From a virus (lineage: Duplodnaviria; Heunggongvirae; Uroviricota; Caudoviricetes): 20,716 nucleotides of DNA. The translations under genes and the position numbers were made by a program. The DNA lies in the IMG/VR virus record IMGVR_UViG_2541047849_000003, positions 1-20,716 of that record; one strand, given 5' to 3'. Shown piece after piece: positions 18,350 through 20,716 of this stretch. How positions within the stretch are numbered: position 1 is the first letter of the stretch; each line of letters opens with the position of its first letter. The notes beneath the pieces were generated by a model, which saw only the letters and a program-made list of their open reading frames with translations, did no database searches and had not been told where the DNA came from.

Positions 18350-20716
18350 ATGTCAGATATCACCGCAAATGTTGTGGTAAGCATGCCTTCGCAACTCTTC
18401 ACTATGGCTCGTTCTTTTAAAGCCGTAGCCAATGGCAAAATTTATATCGGTAAAATTGACACTGACCCGGTAAGTCCAGAAAACCAGATTCAGGTTTATG
18501 TAGAGAACGAAGACGGCTCTCATGTTCCTGTTTTGCAACCAATCATCATTAACGCTGCTGGATATCCGGTATATAACGGGCAGATTGCCAAATTCGTAAC
18601 TGTGCAAGGCCATTCTATGGCTGTATATGATGCACATGGCACTAAGCAGTTTTATTTTCCAAATGTATTAAAATACGATCCTGATCAACTTAGGGAAGAG
18701 ATTTTTTCTGACCGTATGCTGTTAATTACGCCACAGCATTATGGGGCGAAAGGTGACGGTGTTAACGATGATACGGTGGCATTTATTGCAGCAGCAAATG
18801 CTCTTGGAGATGGTGGAAAGTTATATATTCCAACTGGAACATATAATTTAATTGGACCAGTTAATATACCACCAGTGAATATGTGTGGCGATGGACAGGG
18901 TAAAACGGTTATTGTGTTTGATAATACCACATCACCAAAAGATGGATTTGTTTTCGCTGCACCAACTAAGCATGATGTTGAATTTGGTTTAAGTCACCTT
19001 ACAATTAAAAGCAAAGGCGGGAATGGCGCTAATGCCATATATACCCCAAGAGGTGTCGGGCTTAATCATCTAAGGCCAAAACCAACATTTAGATTTTTAT
19101 CTTTCTGTTCTGAGACTGCAAATATTGATTCTGATGAATTCGCACAGAAGTACGGTTGGGAATGGTCTTTTAACTGTGGTGATAGTTGGCAGTTCACAAT
19201 CGAACGCATTGATGCTGTTGGATGTTATCAGATAGCCAAAAGTTATAATGAACAGTTCCTTGATGGATTCATTCGCACCGCTCCAGAAGAAGGGATTTTA
19301 TCAATGCGTGTGAGTGATATCACAACGCATAATGTTGCAAATTTTTTTGAAATTAAGCAGAAGACATATTTTACATTGCTTAATATTGATGCCGCCAAGG
19401 CATTACGAGGCATTTACGACGCTGATGATCGTATATTTGAAACGAATCGTTATGCTTATGGTGAATGTATATGCACAAATGTTGGTATTAATGCCCAACT
19501 TGAACCAGTACGGCTGGATAACAGATTCCTGCTCATCATGAATGGTATGTTTATTCACCGCGCAGCAAAAGGTTACGATCATGGTCTGGAATGGGTTGGT
19601 CTTAAGCTTAGTCGTGCTCGCGTGTGTTCATTCCAGGGAATTGAGATCGGCACTGCCAGAGGGTATTCAGGGACTAAGAAAGGGATTGTTCTTGACGCCG
19701 GTGATGCAAATAACTTTACCAATGTAACTTTTGGTCTGCTTGATGTGTGCGCACAGATTGGCGATTCCAATTCACAGTATGGTGCCAACTTTGCAACATG
19801 CTTTAATAATGTGAGCATTAATGCTGACACCGTATTGTTATTCGATTTGCAGCTGTGCAGAAATTTCCATTGTGATGGATACGGAGCATCTTCTGCCTAC
19901 ACTCTTCAGCAATTCCATAGGAACAGTGATGACACAAGCAATACTTATACATTTAGTAATGTAGGTAAACACAATCTCTACACTGACAACTCGCTGCATC
20001 TACATAATTCTGCTTCGCTGGAGAACGGGAAGAATATACGTATTGATACACGAAACGGATTATCTGTTAGCACTCAAACAGATACTGGTTCCGCAGGAAA
20101 TAACTTCCTTATAATTCGTAGGACTGGTGTTGATATAGACAGTTTTGAGTTAAGGACTCGCAGTACAGCAGGTGCATATACATATATTAATACACCTGAA
20201 ACTCATTTTTCTGGCCTTATAAAACCAACTGTTGATAATGTTAACTCAAACGGAACATCAGCATTTCGATGGTCACAGGTATACGCTGGTACTGGCAGTA
20301 TCAACACGTCGAATGAAGAGCTGAAATTGCGTATTGAGGCTGACGAGAAAACAACAGAATCAGAGCGTCTTGCTGCGCTTGAAATAAAGGAAAATATCTG
20401 GAGGTTTAAATTTAAAGATGCAGTAAAGATCAAGAGTGATGGCGCTCGGATTCATTTCGGTGTTGGTGCACAAACTGTAGGTAATATTCTCAGAAAATAC
20501 GGTCTTGACCCTAATAACTATGCGTTCTGGTGTTATGATGAATGGGATGATATTTATGCTCCAGAGGTATTGATTAGGAGTGTTAAAAACAATGAAACAG
20601 GAGAGTGGTACGACGAGGAATATTACACAGGAAGGCAGGTTATTATTAAACCTGCTGGCTATCAGTATGGTATCAGATACGAGGAGCTTATGATGTTTAT
20701 TCTTATGTTTATTTAA
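18350..20716 (+). CDS. Tailspike protein: P22-type N-terminal head-binding domain, beta-helix depolymerase-like central domain, C-terminal intramolecular-chaperone-like domain
   Basis: 788 aa from the ATG at 18350 (GGAG upstream). N-terminal ~113 aa ([11 protein letters not shown]...[18 protein letters not shown]...[12 protein letters not shown]...NVLKYDPDQ) match the P22 gp9 head-binding domain. Central [19 protein letters not shown] is a pectate-lyase-type beta-helix motif. C-terminus (...[25 protein letters not shown]...) resembles peptidase S74-type chaperone domains. Stop TAA at 20714-20716. Confidence 0.85.
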   Translation: MSDITANVVVSMPSQLFTMARSFKAVANGKIYIGKIDTDPVSPENQIQVYVENEDGSHVPVLQPIIINAAGYPVYNGQIAKFVTVQGHSMAVYDAHGTKQFYFPNVLKYDPDQLREEIFSDRMLLITPQHYGAKGDGVNDDTVAFIAAANALGDGGKLYIPTGTYNLIGPVNIPPVNMCGDGQGKTVIVFDNTTSPKDGFVFAAPTKHDVEFGLSHLTIKSKGGNGANAIYTPRGVGLNHLRPKPTFRFLSFCSETANIDSDEFAQKYGWEWSFNCGDSWQFTIERIDAVGCYQIAKSYNEQFLDGFIRTAPEEGILSMRVSDITTHNVANFFEIKQKTYFTLLNIDAAKALRGIYDADDRIFETNRYAYGECICTNVGINAQLEPVRLDNRFLLIMNGMFIHRAAKGYDHGLEWVGLKLSRARVCSFQGIEIGTARGYSGTKKGIVLDAGDANNFTNVTFGLLDVCAQIGDSNSQYGANFATCFNNVSINADTVLLFDLQLCRNFHCDGYGASSAYTLQQFHRNSDDTSNTYTFSNVGKHNLYTDNSLHLHNSASLENGKNIRIDTRNGLSVSTQTDTGSAGNNFLIIRRTGVDIDSFELRTRSTAGAYTYINTPETHFSGLIKPTVDNVNSNGTSAFRWSQVYAGTGSINTSNEELKLRIEADEKTTESERLAALEIKENIWRFKFKDAVKIKSDGARIHFGVGAQTVGNILRKYGLDPNNYAFWCYDEWDDIYAPEVLIRSVKNNETGEWYDEEYYTGRQVIIKPAGYQYGIRYEELMMFILMFI

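Overview
This window is the left junction of a defective, mosaic lambdoid prophage integrated at the lambda attachment site of an Escherichia coli-type chromosome. It opens with the host lipoprotein gene ybhC (minus strand), followed by a lambda-type attL core and lambda-like int and xis. After a short stretch of small early-region-like ORFs comes a Rha-family gene that appears cut short at its 3' end, lying directly against a P22-like virion module: an N-truncated scaffold gene, coat, then homologues of P22 gp4, gp10, gp26 (tail needle), gp14, gp7, gp20 and gp16. Downstream is an AT-rich accessory island (small membrane protein, a P63C-like gene with its own promoter and repeated operator-like motifs, and a ClpP-fold gene split by a complete IS5), then a P22 immI-like mnt-arc-ant region and a chimeric tailspike. 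No immunity, replication, lysis, terminase or portal genes are present in the window. The most promising candidate for an undescribed system is the accessory island at the position where P22 carries sieA. All family assignments are from reading the translations and from memory of lambda and P22 sequences; no database search was run.
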